Assembly (NCBI RefSeq): GCF_006345805.1 | Contig: NW_021833911.1 | Span: forward strand, 1-64,000 | Direction of reading: 5' to 3' | From: Octopus sinensis | Taxonomy: Eukaryota | DNA: 64,000 nucleotides | Shown: positions 35,432 to 47,700 of the stretch, piece after piece | How the letters are laid out: each line of letters opens with the position of its first letter | Position numbering within the stretch: the first letter of the stretch is position 1 | Notes under the pieces: generated by a model | Database searches by the model: none | What the model saw: only the letters and a program-made list of their open reading frames with translations | What the model was told of the DNA's origin: nothing | Translations under genes and position numbers: made by a program

Positions 35432-36884
35432 TACATACATATGTTTTAATATTTCGCTTAATGTGCGATACTAATAACCTGGTGTAGGACGAAGCGTTAG
35501 TACAATACAGAACTGTAATAAGAATAGATATAACAAAAGTATATACGATTATCTTATGAAATTCATTATCTTACAGCTGTTTCCATTGTAAGGTGTCACT
35601 CAGGATTCCAACTATGAGCCTGCTTCATGTTATAGTGGAGACATTTCGAATTTTGATGCACATAAATTACACGTATGATGTATTATGCAATATAGACTCA
35701 CCACACATAGTCTCATCGAATATACATGTAACTTACGTTTGTAGAACTCTGAGTAGTCGCAGTGTAAGTTGTCAATGGACTCTCTATTAAATAGATACTA
35801 TACACCATGTACGGATTGATCTGTTGTTTCCTGTGTATGCATAAAATGCATAAACGTACACACACACATATGTGTGTATACAATATATATATATATATAA
35901 GTGTGTGTGTGTGTGTATAAACATGTATGCATATACATATATATAGCATGTAAGTATATGTATGTATGTGCGTATGAACGTACATACGTATTTTACGTAT
36001 ATTATCTAATTAAACCTGAGTGGTAAGATTTTTGCAGGGAAATGAATTGTCATGAGAATTATTCAAAAGAAGAAAATAAAAGAAAACACAAGACTTCGGT
36101 GCCACTGAAGAACTTAAACAAACATAACAAAGCAGAGCAGCAGCTCATACATTAGGAACTATAAAACCGGCCTCCACTAGAGATTTGTACTTAAGATCGT
36201 ATAATATATATAGACTGGCTGCTCTTACACATATGTTTCTTGACAGACGTGTATCGTGATATTAACCTCTCTACATCCAGCACTCCAGCTATCACAGTAC
36301 CCTCTTCAACTTAGCTTTCATTGATTCCCACCCGCAAGTCGAACATCGTGATATGTGGCATCCCGAGTTAAGTGGTATGATGAGATTTTCAAACAAAATT
36401 TATCAAAACTTTCATCGTTGCCCCATCGCCGCAACTATTTTAAGGTTAGTGTTGTTTACAATCTAGTAGCGCCCCCATTGAGTCTTATGAAGCACAGCCA
36501 GAGTTGAAGGTGAGCAGAGAATATTGGCGTATCACCACACACCACACTCTGTCCGTGATAGACAGCCGTCAATGACTGCAACTGTATATGAACTAGCTAT
36601 ATCTCTGCGTCTATATGGAGACACTGCTGTCCTTCACAGAACATCACACAGTTATAAACGAAGAGTCATGCTGGTTGAGGCTGATGGATGTTGAATCTAG
36701 CTCTGGATAGCTCACCAGTCAATCTTGGTAGCATTTAGGAGAATATTTATATTATTTGTGCGAAGCAGTTAGTTGAAATTGAGCCTTGGAGAATATAGCG
36801 TACCTGACCTTGAGATGTATTGAAACAACTAATAACACATATAAACCGATTCTCGATGAAACGGTTATGCAATAAGTTCGGTCG

Positions 36885-37140
36885 AACGTGAACAACATGA
36901 AGAACGAGAACATGAGAAACAAAAACATGGAAAACGAACGTTTTTCAGAAAACAAAAGAAACGAATAGAAAAACGAGACAGACAACATAAAGAACAATGC
37001 CATCATCACTTGTCCACTGTTTTATCTACTCCGCATTTTGAACGCTAAACGTTCGAAACGCGGAGTAGATAAAACAGCGGACAACTGATGAAGGGATTGT
37101 CCTTTATGTTGGCTGTTTCGTTTTTCATGTTGTTCACGTT
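36885..37140. repeat. long imperfect palindrome (foldback) with a 5-nt loop
   Basis: Arms pair from aacgtgaacaacatgaa / ttcatgttgttcacgtt inward to ttttgaacg-ctaaa-cgttcgaaa; the left arm has a ~65-nt purine-rich insertion. Confidence 0.88.
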
Positions 37141-37234
37141 TTCTTTGACGTCCTGTAGGCATATGTGCATGTGTATATACATATATATATATATGTAGGT
37201 ATGTACATGTATGTATATATGCATGTATGTGTAA

Positions 37235-37283
<49 letters not shown>

Positions 37284-38794
37284 TATATATATTATATTAT
37301 ATTATATTATATGATCAAACGCCACGCATCCATTTCCAAAGTTTTATCTCTCTCTCTCTCTCTCTGAATATATATATATATATATATATATACAGATAGA
37401 TAGATACATACATACATACATACGTGCATACTACATACGTATATATCTATATATATAGAGAGAGAGGCTGAGAGAGAGATACCTACATATATATACATAT
37501 ATATATACACACACATATATACTTATATATGTATATATACATATATACACGCCCATGTATATTTGTATTTATATGTGTGTGTGCATATACATACATACAT
37601 ACATACATGCATACATACATATATATATATTAATATGTGTATGTGTGTGTGTGTGTGTGTGTGTGTACGTACATGCATAAGTATATTCAAATATAATACG
37701 AGCACGCAAATATACACATACGCGCACTCATACGCACGCATACATTTCATATGCGCTACTCCCCACCCCCTACATACACACACACAAGTCATAATGAGAG
37801 ATGTTTCGAAGGCATTCTCCTTGAAGAAAGATAACATTTACCAAAAGTGACACCCTACCCTATGCTAATTCCATTCCTACCACAGCAAATAACGTCTCCC
37901 TACATCTTGGTTCCTACCCTACCCAACATTCCAGCCCCAGTCACATCTGACTGGTAATAACAAACATTATTTTTACTCGAGACTTGGCAATTTGTCACAC
38001 ATTGGCCCCTAAAATTCCAATTTGAAATGTAATTTTCAGAAACCCCTTATTTTGCCTCTACCCCTACTTTACTGCCAACCAATACACATGAAGAACTAGT
38101 ATCAACACATGGTAAACTGGTATCATCATGGGCAAGTTAATATGGTCGCTCAACGTAATTGAAATAGTAGCTAAATTTTCCTCGTGGTATACTTTGTTTT
38201 AAAAAGAAATCAGACAAGAAAAATACGGTTGAATGGTCCAAGACATGTCTCTAAATTATGAGATGGCTGCCAGCGACATATGGCTGGAGCATCTTTAATC
38301 ATTAAGTCTGCTTGCTCAGGAATAATCTGGTTGTCGCCAACAATGACAATGTCTCATGGAGAAGCGCATGTACTTCGTGACAGCCTTGTAGGTTTCCTAA
38401 ATGCATACTTACAGTTCTAGGTACAATCGAAATATATCACCAATATCGTTAGCATTAACCCCAGCACCTCGATGATGATGATGATGAGGAGGAGGAGTGG
38501 TAGGAAGAGGGGGAGGGGGAGAAGCAAAAACGACAAAGGCGAGGACAACAACAGAAACAACAGGCTTACATTTTTTCCAAACGAAGAACAAAAGCCAGCT
38601 TTAATGCAGATGATAGCGCTGTGGCATAGAATGCAGAGGGTCAATATTGAAGAGACAAAAGTCCTCATGAAGTCGAGAAAGTGTTTGGTACATAAATACA
38701 AATGACTCCTGAAAGCTGCAGAGTCATTCTGAAGCTCTGCCAAAGAATAAAGTGCAGCAACCTACAGAGAAGTGGAACTGACATTTGATATTCA

Positions 38795-39290
38795 AGTGTC
38801 TTGACTAAGAACATAATACAGGTCTAGACTTCTTTGAATAAGACAAGATGTTCCAGAGCGTCTTCATCAAAGACAATGTTTCAGAGTACCTTTACCAGGA
38901 ACGAACTACAAATACCAAATGTTCTACCCAACATGTTACTGTTATAGAATGTACTGAGCAAAGACATAGTATAGTCGTATAGTTTCTTGTCGAAGAACGA
39001 ACTAAAGTTCCAAAGAGTCTTATCGAAGAGTAGGCTACGGTTTCTCAATGTCTGAACCAAGAACAATTAACAGCTTTAGGATGTCTTGACAAAGAACAAG
39101 CAAGGGATCCAGAATGTTTTGAACAAAAGAAAGTTACACTTTGAAAGTGTTTTAACAGAGAGTGCAATACTGTTTCAGAGCATCTTGACTAAGACCAAAC
39201 CAAGGTCTTGATCATCGACCAGCAACAAGCTACTCCTATATATTGTTTAACCCAACAACAAGCCATTGTTCTAATGTTCCTTGACCATAC
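38795..39290 (+). repeat. highly degenerate 33-bp tandem repeat
   Basis: Recurring 'gtcttgacNaagaacaa...gttccagag'; reads as an 11-codon repeat (CLNQEQLTALG, CLDKEQARDPE, CFEQKKVTL*K) with scattered stops. Confidence 0.65.
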
Positions 39291-39600
39291 ACGCACACTA
39301 TTATTTTACTTTTTTCACGCAGCGATACTCACCGGCCTTTTGTCATAGCTTTTGAAGCAAAAGGAAACCGTTATTTGTCGGAAGTATCTTTCGTTGATGC
39401 GATGATGGCTGTGTGTAAATGTTTCACCATTTAGCTCATACTTAATTTATTGAACAAATATAATACAATAAATGTTTAAATCAATTTTCAGGATGTTCAG
39501 TGTTCAAATTTTCATCATGTAACACTATCAAGTCACTACATGAACATATACGTATTCATACACATACATACACAGATACACACAAGCACATATACATATA

Positions 39601-39632
<32 letters not shown>

Positions 39633-39916
39633 GTATATATATAAATGTGTATACACATGTCATATAAAGTTTATATATCATTAAAATTTCGTTGAAATTT
39701 TGCTCTCCCTTCTTTGTTATGTGAGTCACTTAATGGGGACAACTTATAAAGGTGACCTAGATTTTAACACCAATCTTTAAGTCAGTTAAAAGTAAAGTGA
39801 AGCCAAAACTCCACCTCATTTTAATTGGATGGAAGAAATTTCTAAATAAAATGAAACATGATCCCAGCAGCGAGTTTAAAACAAGGGGAGAGAAAGAGAT
39901 AAAGAGAGAGAGAAAT

Positions 39917-39961
<45 letters not shown>

Positions 39962-40332
39962 ATGCTTGTATGTATATATGTATATATGCGTGTTTATGTA
40001 TATATGTATAGGTGCATGTATATGAACACACACGCACACATGGTTTGCATATATGTTTTAGTACGTGTGTGCGTATGTGTTAGACAAGTTGAGATGTACT
40101 GTGTTAAGTCCTTGTGAGTTTTCTGATACACAACATACACGTACACAGACAGAGAGAGAAACACAGACACACATATACACGCACACACACACATATATAT
40201 ATACTCACACGTATATGTGAGCGTGTGTACGTGTATGTGTTTGTGTCTATATGGTATTTGTATGCGTGTGTGCCCGGGAGTGTATGCGCATGTATATGGG
40301 TGTATTTTTAACGACACAAACATAATTAAATG

Positions 40333-40363
<31 letters not shown>

Positions 40364-40723
40364 ACGCAAAAAAGAGAGAAAATGAAGGATGGAAAGCTGG
40401 AATGGCGAGAGGGAAGAAGGGGTGGGGGTGGGAAGGAGAAATGAAATAAGATAGAGATTACAAAAATAGTCATGTTTTATTACTTTTGTAGGATCTCTGA
40501 AAAGTCTTTTTTTTTCATATATCCTTTTTTTTTTCTAATTTTGTTTTCATATTTTGTTTTTAAAATATATTTTTGTGAAACAGTTTTCATATTTCCCTTC
40601 AATATTGTGTTTCATCGGTTAAAACTTCTTTGGAGAATTTTGAGACATCTTGAAATTTTGAATACACTCATGTATATATGTATGCGTGTATGAAAGTATA
40701 CTCTTTTACTACATATATATATG

Positions 40724-40755
<32 letters not shown>

Positions 40756-41071
40756 TATATATATATATGTACACACACACAGACACGTATATATTTATAT
40801 GTGTGTATGTATGTATATGAGTGTGTGAATATGAGATATATAAGATAGAAATCAAGAACATTCTATTGGATAGTATAAACATCTGTAACCTTACATTTAC
40901 CATTACAGTCTCGTCAACACAACCATCGCCAACAGCATTACTGTCATCACCAAGAACAACACAAGAAATATATTCTTATATACCTTTCTCTTTCTCTTTC
41001 TCTCCCTATCCTCTCTCCCTCTCTCTCACTCTATGTGTATATATATATATATATATATATGTACTCTTTTA

Positions 41072-41240
41072 CACTTTTATTTGTTTCAGTCAATTGACTG
41101 TGGCCATGCTGAAGCACCGCCTTTAGTCTAGCAAATCAACCCTAGGACTTGTTCTTTGTAAGCCTAGTACTTATTCTATCGGTCTCTTTTGCCGAACCGC
41201 TAAGTTAAGGGGATGTAAACACACCAGCATCGGTTGACAC
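41072..41240 (-). mobile_element. SINE family A, 3' part
   Basis: Matches 33070-33240. Confidence 0.85.
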
Positions 41241-41571
41241 ACAAACACACACACACACACATACACACACACACATATATATATATACCACAAGGTAAGA
41301 TAGGGGTTATGGTTGTAAATCACTATGGGATATCATTTATCCAATATACTGTTGGTAAAGTACTCAAATTCTTAATACATAAATGTTTTTAATTGCAATG
41401 CAATTAAATCATTTATTGTATTAAACGGGTGAAGGTAAAGAAATATTTTTACCGTAAATGTATAATACAAATAAGAAAATGGAGAAACAAATTTAGTTTG
41501 TTCATCAACTTTCGGATATTATAATGTTGGATTATTTATTCATTTTACAAATTAGAACATCAAAAGCATAT

Positions 41572-42158
41572 AAAAATATTATATAAATCAATAGATAAGA
41601 TGATAATACAAATACAGATTTTAAAAGTCATAGTATAAATTAATGAAATCCTAAAGATTACTTCTTACAGCTGTTTCAGTCTATGGTCATAAGTAAATTT
41701 AATTTTCATTGCCTATAGATGTTAACATACAAAGGTTGTAGGCATTAAAAAATATAATACATTAGAACATATAAACACATCTATGCTTATCAGTAACAAC
41801 AATATTATTGTATTAAAAGTAATCTTCAACAGATCATACATACTATAATAATGTCTTCTAACCTATCAAAAATTCACGATACAAGATTCAATATATATAT
41901 ATTCATGCATATATATATGCATTCAAAATACGTGCGTATAAGTATATAAACCAGACAATCAGAATATAGTTATCATTTTATACATCAAATTCAACCTTAG
42001 TATGTTGACATCTATAGGCAATGAAAATTAAATTTACTTATAACCATAGGCTGAAACAACTGTAAGAAGTAATCTTTAGGATTTCATTAATTTATACTAT
42101 GACTTTTAAAATCTGTATTTGTATTATTATCTCATGTATTGATTTATTTAATATTTTT
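41572..42158. repeat. ~167-bp inverted repeat with a ~250-bp spacer (Penelope-type inverted pLTR-like)
   Basis: 41572-41738 is the reverse complement of 41992-42158 with few mismatches; arms carry 'ctgaaacagctgtaagaag'. Confidence 0.85.
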
Positions 42159-42392
42159 GAAGAATAATATACTTTATTAATAAAACTGCAACCAAAACTG
42201 TCCGACGAACGGGAAAGTGAAACTCTGAGTAACAGATTTTGCGATGTTTTTGCAGTTTTAGAGATAAAATACACACACATACATAGAGTGAGAGAGAAGA
42301 GAGAGAGAGAGAGATGTAGGTAGGTAGATATATAGATAGATAGACAAATAGACAGATAGACAGACAGGTAGATAGATAAATAAATAGACAGA

Positions 42393-42465
<73 letters not shown>

Positions 42466-42472
42466 TATATAT

Positions 42473-42517
<45 letters not shown>

Positions 42518-42803
42518 AGAAAATAGCAAATAATGAAAAGAGAGTTTTTATAATGCGAAAAAGGAAGGTTGAGTAACTTTATCTATTTCTAGTTAACACG
42601 TTTCTAGACAGTTTAGTTCTGATAATGAGCTTTTGTGCCTGAAATTCGTAAAGGTTTCTCAACTTTCTCTTCCCGCATTGTTAGAACTTGTCCATCTTCA
42701 TCATTTGTTACTTTTGCTTCCGTATTACAATATTTCAAACATCAACGCTCTTGTTTCATAAATATAAATGTAACCACACACATATACATGCATACATACA
42801 TGC

Positions 42804-42847
<44 letters not shown>

Positions 42848-42993
42848 ACACAGATACTAGATATATATTTGTATGAGTCTGTATCTTGATTTAATGACAA
42901 TTTATACTGTATTTGTACCCAAGGAATTAATCTCAGAAGCCCAATATCTGAATAACCTGTAATAATATGTAAATGAGTTATGCAGCAAACAAT

Positions 42994-43183
42994 TATTGGG
43001 TTGTCCGGAAAGTTCGTGCCGATTTATAGTTGCTTACCTGTCGACTTACACTCCCAGGCACCTCAATTCTGGGCAGAGGGTATTTTCAAGTTAACGGAAA
43101 GATTGTGCAACAAAATGGTTCATATTTGGTTGACCTCTTTCTTTCCTTTAAAAATCGGCACGAACTTTCCGGACAACCCAATA
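42994..43183 (+). mobile_element. mariner-derived MITE, 190 bp
   Basis: TIRs (ta)ttgggttgtccggaaagttcgtgccgattt / aaatcggcacgaactttccggacaacccaa(ta), TA flanks; the interior matches the transposase 3' end in 61608-62162. Confidence 0.92.
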
Positions 43184-43209
43184 TATCTTATTTCAATCGA
43201 TATTATTCT

Positions 43210-43525
43210 TTGGCTGTGAAGGCGCGTGACTTAGTATTTAGGATATTCGGCTCACGATCGAAAAATCGTGAGTTCAATTCCAGGCGACGCAAGACATTTT
43301 ATTTCACATTGCTCCAGTCCACTCAGCTGGAAAAAATGAGTTGTACCTGTATTTCAAAAGCCCAGCTTTGTCGCATCCTGTGTAATGCTGAATCTCCATG
43401 AGAACTACGTTAAAGACACACATACCCGAGGAGTGCTCAGCCATTTACACGTTAATTTCAGGAGTAGGCTGTTCCGTTGATCGGATTAACTGGAACCTTG
43501 TCGTCGTGAGACACGGATTGCCAGC
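43210..43525 (+). mobile_element. tRNA-derived SINE with a different head and body but the family C type-1 tail
   Basis: B-box 'gagttcaattcc'; tail 'gagaactacgttaaag...gctgttccgttgatcggattaactggaacc' matches 7770-7890. Confidence 0.75.
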
Positions 43526-43689
43526 TTAAATATATCATTCGAAAGTGTACAGTGAACGAATTCTGATGAGTCATAGAAAAGTGAAACTAGTTGGTCATGT
43601 CTGTAATTTTCAAAACGAAATTTTATACATATCGATGTAATTCTTTCCAGATATTTAATTCTTGGACAATATAGACGCAAATGTGGCAT

Positions 43690-44072
43690 GACATTTCATT
43701 CCCAGCCACTTGATTCTAAGATCAGTCTCATTGCATGGCACCAGCATGGGCAAGTGTCTGCCTCTATAGCCCCGGGCTGACCAAAGCCTTGTGAGTGAAT
43801 TTAATTGATGGAAACTGAAAAATACCGCTGTAAATGTGTGTTTGTGTGTGTGTATCTTTGTGTTTTGTGTTTGTTCCCCACCACCGCTTGAGGGTCGGTG
43901 TTAGTTTGTTTATGTCTTCATAAACTACCGGTTCAGGAGAACGAGACCGGTAGAATTAGTATCAGGCTTTAAAAACAATAAGTTTGGGGGTTGATTTTTC
44001 GACTGAAATCTTCAAGGCAGTGCTCCAGCATGGCCGCAGTCCAATGACTGCAACAGTTAAAAGATAAAAGCT
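43690..44072 (+). mobile_element. SINE family A, diverged
   Basis: 'gggcaagtgtctgcctctatagccccgggctgaccaaagccttgtgagtg...cagtgctccagcatggccgcagtccaatgactg'. Confidence 0.8.
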
Positions 44073-44268
44073 AAAATATAAATGAACCAACTTCATAGAG
44101 CAATGTTTTTCAGAGAGGGTATCTACAAAGATAGAAAAGAGGGCAGACATTGGCACGATTATTATAAAAAAATATCTACAAGATATTAAACTTGTCTCAG
44201 ACCATAGCAAGGGAGGAAGATTTAGATGAATGAAGAAAACTCTGTTTTGTCATTTCATAAATATAAAT

Positions 44269-44593
44269 CAGTGGTTCTCGGTCCATTTTTGTCAGTGAAC
44301 CCTTTTAATTTCTATTTTACTCAACGGGACCCCCATAACCATTTCATGTTTTAAAAAACCCCATTATATCTTTATAATTATCATTAGAAACTGTATTAAA
44401 AATTTAAGATATTTTGTGTCTTGTGATAGTATAACCAATTTATTGCACATTATTTTCAACAGCTAAATCTTATATGGAATTTCAAAGGTCTTATGGAACT
44501 TCCAAATGTCATATAGACTTCCAACACTCATATGGACTTCCTAAGGTCACATGGACTTCCGAGAGTCATATGGACCCCGGGTGAGAGTCACTA
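44269..44593. mobile_element. hAT (Charlie-like termini) MITE with internal ~21-bp repeats
   Basis: 5' CAGTGGTTCTC; degenerate 3' 'ggtgagagtcacta'; repeated 'atatggacttcc..ggtc'; no TSD recognisable. Confidence 0.5.
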
Positions 44594-45523
44594 ATGCAGA
44601 AACAGAGTAGTTACCAATTTCAATATTTTATAGCTAGCGAGACTGGTATTGTTATCTTGAGAATGGCTGGTAGAAAGCCTGTCTGCACAGAATAAGTGGT
44701 TGGAAATCACCTGGAAAATGTTGTGGAGCTTTTAGCTCATTTTCGAAGACACGAATTCAGTTGAAAAAGCTAGGTAGCTCTTATGTAGAGTAGGCATTTG
44801 ACATAACAACAAGCAAGCCTTATAGGATAACAGAAATCAATAGAGCTTCTACATGGTCATTGGGTCTACTAGATATAGCGGTTAAATCGCCCTCAAATTA
44901 TTTTCTGCTGTTTATAAAGAAAAGGAAGATACATTGGACATATATATACACAGGATGTGATCATCACCACCGGAATATGATTTATAGGGGGTTTCTTTAC
45001 ATAATCACTGGAACCTCTGGAAACCGCAGCGAAATCTGTTTTCTGTTGTCTTAAAATTAGAGCTGATTTTTGTTAAAAATGACTTCATGAAAAGAAAAAA
45101 GGTGTCAAATTAGGGGAAATGATTATACATAATCTTTGAGCCTACTAGAAGAAGCAGGCTACTGTACCCCATATCGTGTTAAGTAATTATATAGTATATA
45201 CTATTAAAAATATATAATCGTAAAGTTCTCTGAAAAGACGGATGTTCACGATTGCTATGTCTTTGATTAAGATTCTTGATTACGGTTAGCTTATATCTCA
45301 GCAAAAACAATAACATCAGACGTACAGTTGAGTCGTTGGAGAGACCAACCAGATATTCAAACTCTATCTACGCCCTGTCCTATATTTATGTAGAAGAAAC
45401 TTCTTATCTGAATTAACCTAACCAGTAATTATCCGACAAGCAACATATATTGGAAAGCATACTCTTGCTTATATGCAATGTGTAAACACTGAGACTACAA
45501 CAACTAGTGATGATCTGTGACGC

Positions 45524-47165
45524 GGTAGGAGTGGTTTGGTGTGTGGTGGTGCTAGGAGTGGTTTGGTGTGTGGTGGGGCTAGGAGTGGTTTGGTGTGTGG
45601 TGGTGCTAGGAGTGGTTTGGTGTGTGGTGGGGCTAGGAGTGGTTTGTGTGTGGTGGCGCTAGGAGTGGTTTGGTGTGTGTGGGGCTAGGAGTGGTTTGGT
45701 GTGTGGTGGTGCTAGGAGTGGTTTGGTGTGGTGGCGCTAGGAGTGGTTTGGTATGTGGTGGCGCTAGGAGTGGTTGGTGTGTGGTGGCGCTAGGAGTGGT
45801 TTGGTGTGTGGTTGCGCTAGAGTGGTTTGGTGTGTGGTGGGGCTAGGAGTGGTTTGTGTGTGTGGTGACGCTAGGAGTGGTTTGGTGTGTGTGGGGCTAG
45901 GAGTGGTTTGGTGTGTGGTGGCGCTAGGAGTGGTTTGGTGTGTGGTGGCGCTAGGAGTGGTTTGGTGTGTGTGGCGCTAGGAGTGGTTTGTGTGTGGTGG
46001 CGCTAGGAGTGGTTTGGTGTGTGGTGACGCTAGGAGTGGTTTGGTGTGTGGTGGCGCTAGGAGTGGTTTGGTGTGTGGTGGCGCTAGGAGTGGTTTGGTG
46101 TGTTTGCGCTAGGAGTGGTTTGGTGTGTGGTGTGCGCTAGGAGTGGTTTGGTTGTGTGGTGGCGCTAGGAGTGGTTTGGTGTGTGGTGGGTCTAGGAGTG
46201 GTTTGGTATGTGGTGGCGCTAGGAGTGGTTTGGTGTGTGGTGGCGCTAGGAGTGGTTTGGTGTGTGGTGGCGCTAGGAGTGGTTTGGTGTGTGGTGGGGC
46301 TAGGAGTGGTTTGGTGTGTGGTGGGGCTAGGAGTGGTTTGGTGTGTGTGGCGCTAGGAGTGGTTTGGTGTGTGGTTGGCGCTAGGAGTGGTTGGTGTGTG
46401 GTGGGGCTAGGAGTGGTTTGGTGTGTGGTGACGCTAGGAGTGGTTTGGTGTGTGGTGGTGCTAGGAGTGGTTTGGTTGTGTGGTGGCGCTAGGAGTGGTT
46501 TGGTATGTGGTGGTGCTAGGAGTGGTTTGGTATGTGGTGGCGCTAGGAGTGGTTTGGTGTGTGGTGGCGCTAGGAGTGGTTTGGTGTGTGGTGGTGGCGC
46601 TAGGAGTGGTTTGGTTGTGTGGTGGGGCTAGGAGTGGTTTGGTGTGTGGTGGGGCTAGGAGTGGTTGGTGTGTGGTGGCGCTAGGAGTGGTTTGGTGTGT
46701 GGTGGCGCTAGGAGTGGTTTGGTATGTGGTGGTGCTAGGAGTGGTTTGGTATGTGGTGGCGCTAGGAGTGGTTTGGTGTGTGGTGGCGCTAGGAGTGGTT
46801 TGGTGTGTGGTGGGGCTAGGAGTGGTTTGGTGTGTGGTGGGGCTAGGAGTGGTTTGGTGTGTGGTGGGGCTAGGAGTGGTTTGGTGTGTGGTGGCGCTAG
46901 GAGTGGTTTGGTGTGTGGTGGCGCTAGGAGTGGTTTGGTGTGTGTTGGCGCTAGGAGTGGTTTGGTGTGTGGTGGCGCTAGGAGTGGTTTGGTGTGTGGT
47001 GGGGCTAGGAGTGGTTTGGTGTGTGTTGGCGCTAGGAGTGGTTTGGTGTGTGGTGACGCTAGGAGTGGTTTGGTGTGTGGTGGGGCTAGGAGTGGTTTGG
47101 TGTGTGTTGGCGCTAGGAGTGGTTTGGTGTGTGGTGACGCTAGGAGTGGTTTGGTGTGTGGTGGT
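45524..47165 (+). repeat. 27-bp G-rich minisatellite, ~60 copies
   Basis: Unit ggcgctaggagtggtttggtgtgtggt with ggggct/ggtgct/gacgct variants; source of the GGARSGLVC ORFs. Confidence 0.98.
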
Positions 47166-47437
47166 GCCACAGATCTGTAATGAGGATCTAGAGTACCTGT
47201 CACATCTATTGGGTTCTAGATGTGACAGATATGGTATATGTCATCTGTTATATGACAAAAGAGATCAGCTGTGTGGTCCAATTCAGGGAACCGTAACCAT
47301 TGGAACGCGGACCAGCACCAGGCCTTGGATCATTTGATACCGGGCTGCACAGAAAGAATGGATTTTAAAAATTTAATTTCCATTTTATAGACTATCGCAG
47401 TTTCCAGGGTGTTTTTGCATCATATATGTGTTATATG

Positions 47438-47700
47438 TGGAGACGCAATGGCCCAGTGGTTAGGGCAGCGGACTGGTGGTTGTAGGATTGCGGTTTCGAT
47501 TCCCAGACCGGGCGTTGTGAGTGTTTATTGAGCAAAAACACCTAAAGATCTTTCGCCGCAACTTTCTCTCACTCTTTCTTCTGTTGACCTGCTCGCTTAA
47601 CCAACGGGGTGGCGTCATTTGAAGGGTAAAACAATGCGAAGTGCAATGCGACCAGCGATGTGTAGCAACATCTGATAGCCTAGTTGGTCACGGTGATCAC
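47438..47700 (+). mobile_element. SINE family C head with 3' end type 3
   Basis: Head 'gtggagacgcaatggcccagtggttaggg'; tail 'ttgacctgctcgcttaacc...gtcacggtgatcacg'. Confidence 0.8.

Noticed and set aside
36464-36483. CTCF-like half motif (gggggcgcta on minus)
   Set aside because: Only the 3' half matches; cannot be supported from sequence alone
37050-37110. GAAAC and CTGATGA close together in the palindrome (possible type II hammerhead)
   Set aside because: Stems I and II cannot be paired in the required topology
38472-38705. 77-aa basic ORF MMMMMRRRSGRKRGRG...
   Set aside because: Starts inside (GAT)/(GAG) simple repeats, with no splice or homology support
45524-47337. CRISPR-like array or Gly/Cys-rich repeat protein (GGARSGLVC)n
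   Set aside because: Units are contiguous with no unique spacers and no cas genes; open in several frames on both strands, and indels break frames, so it is a minisatellite
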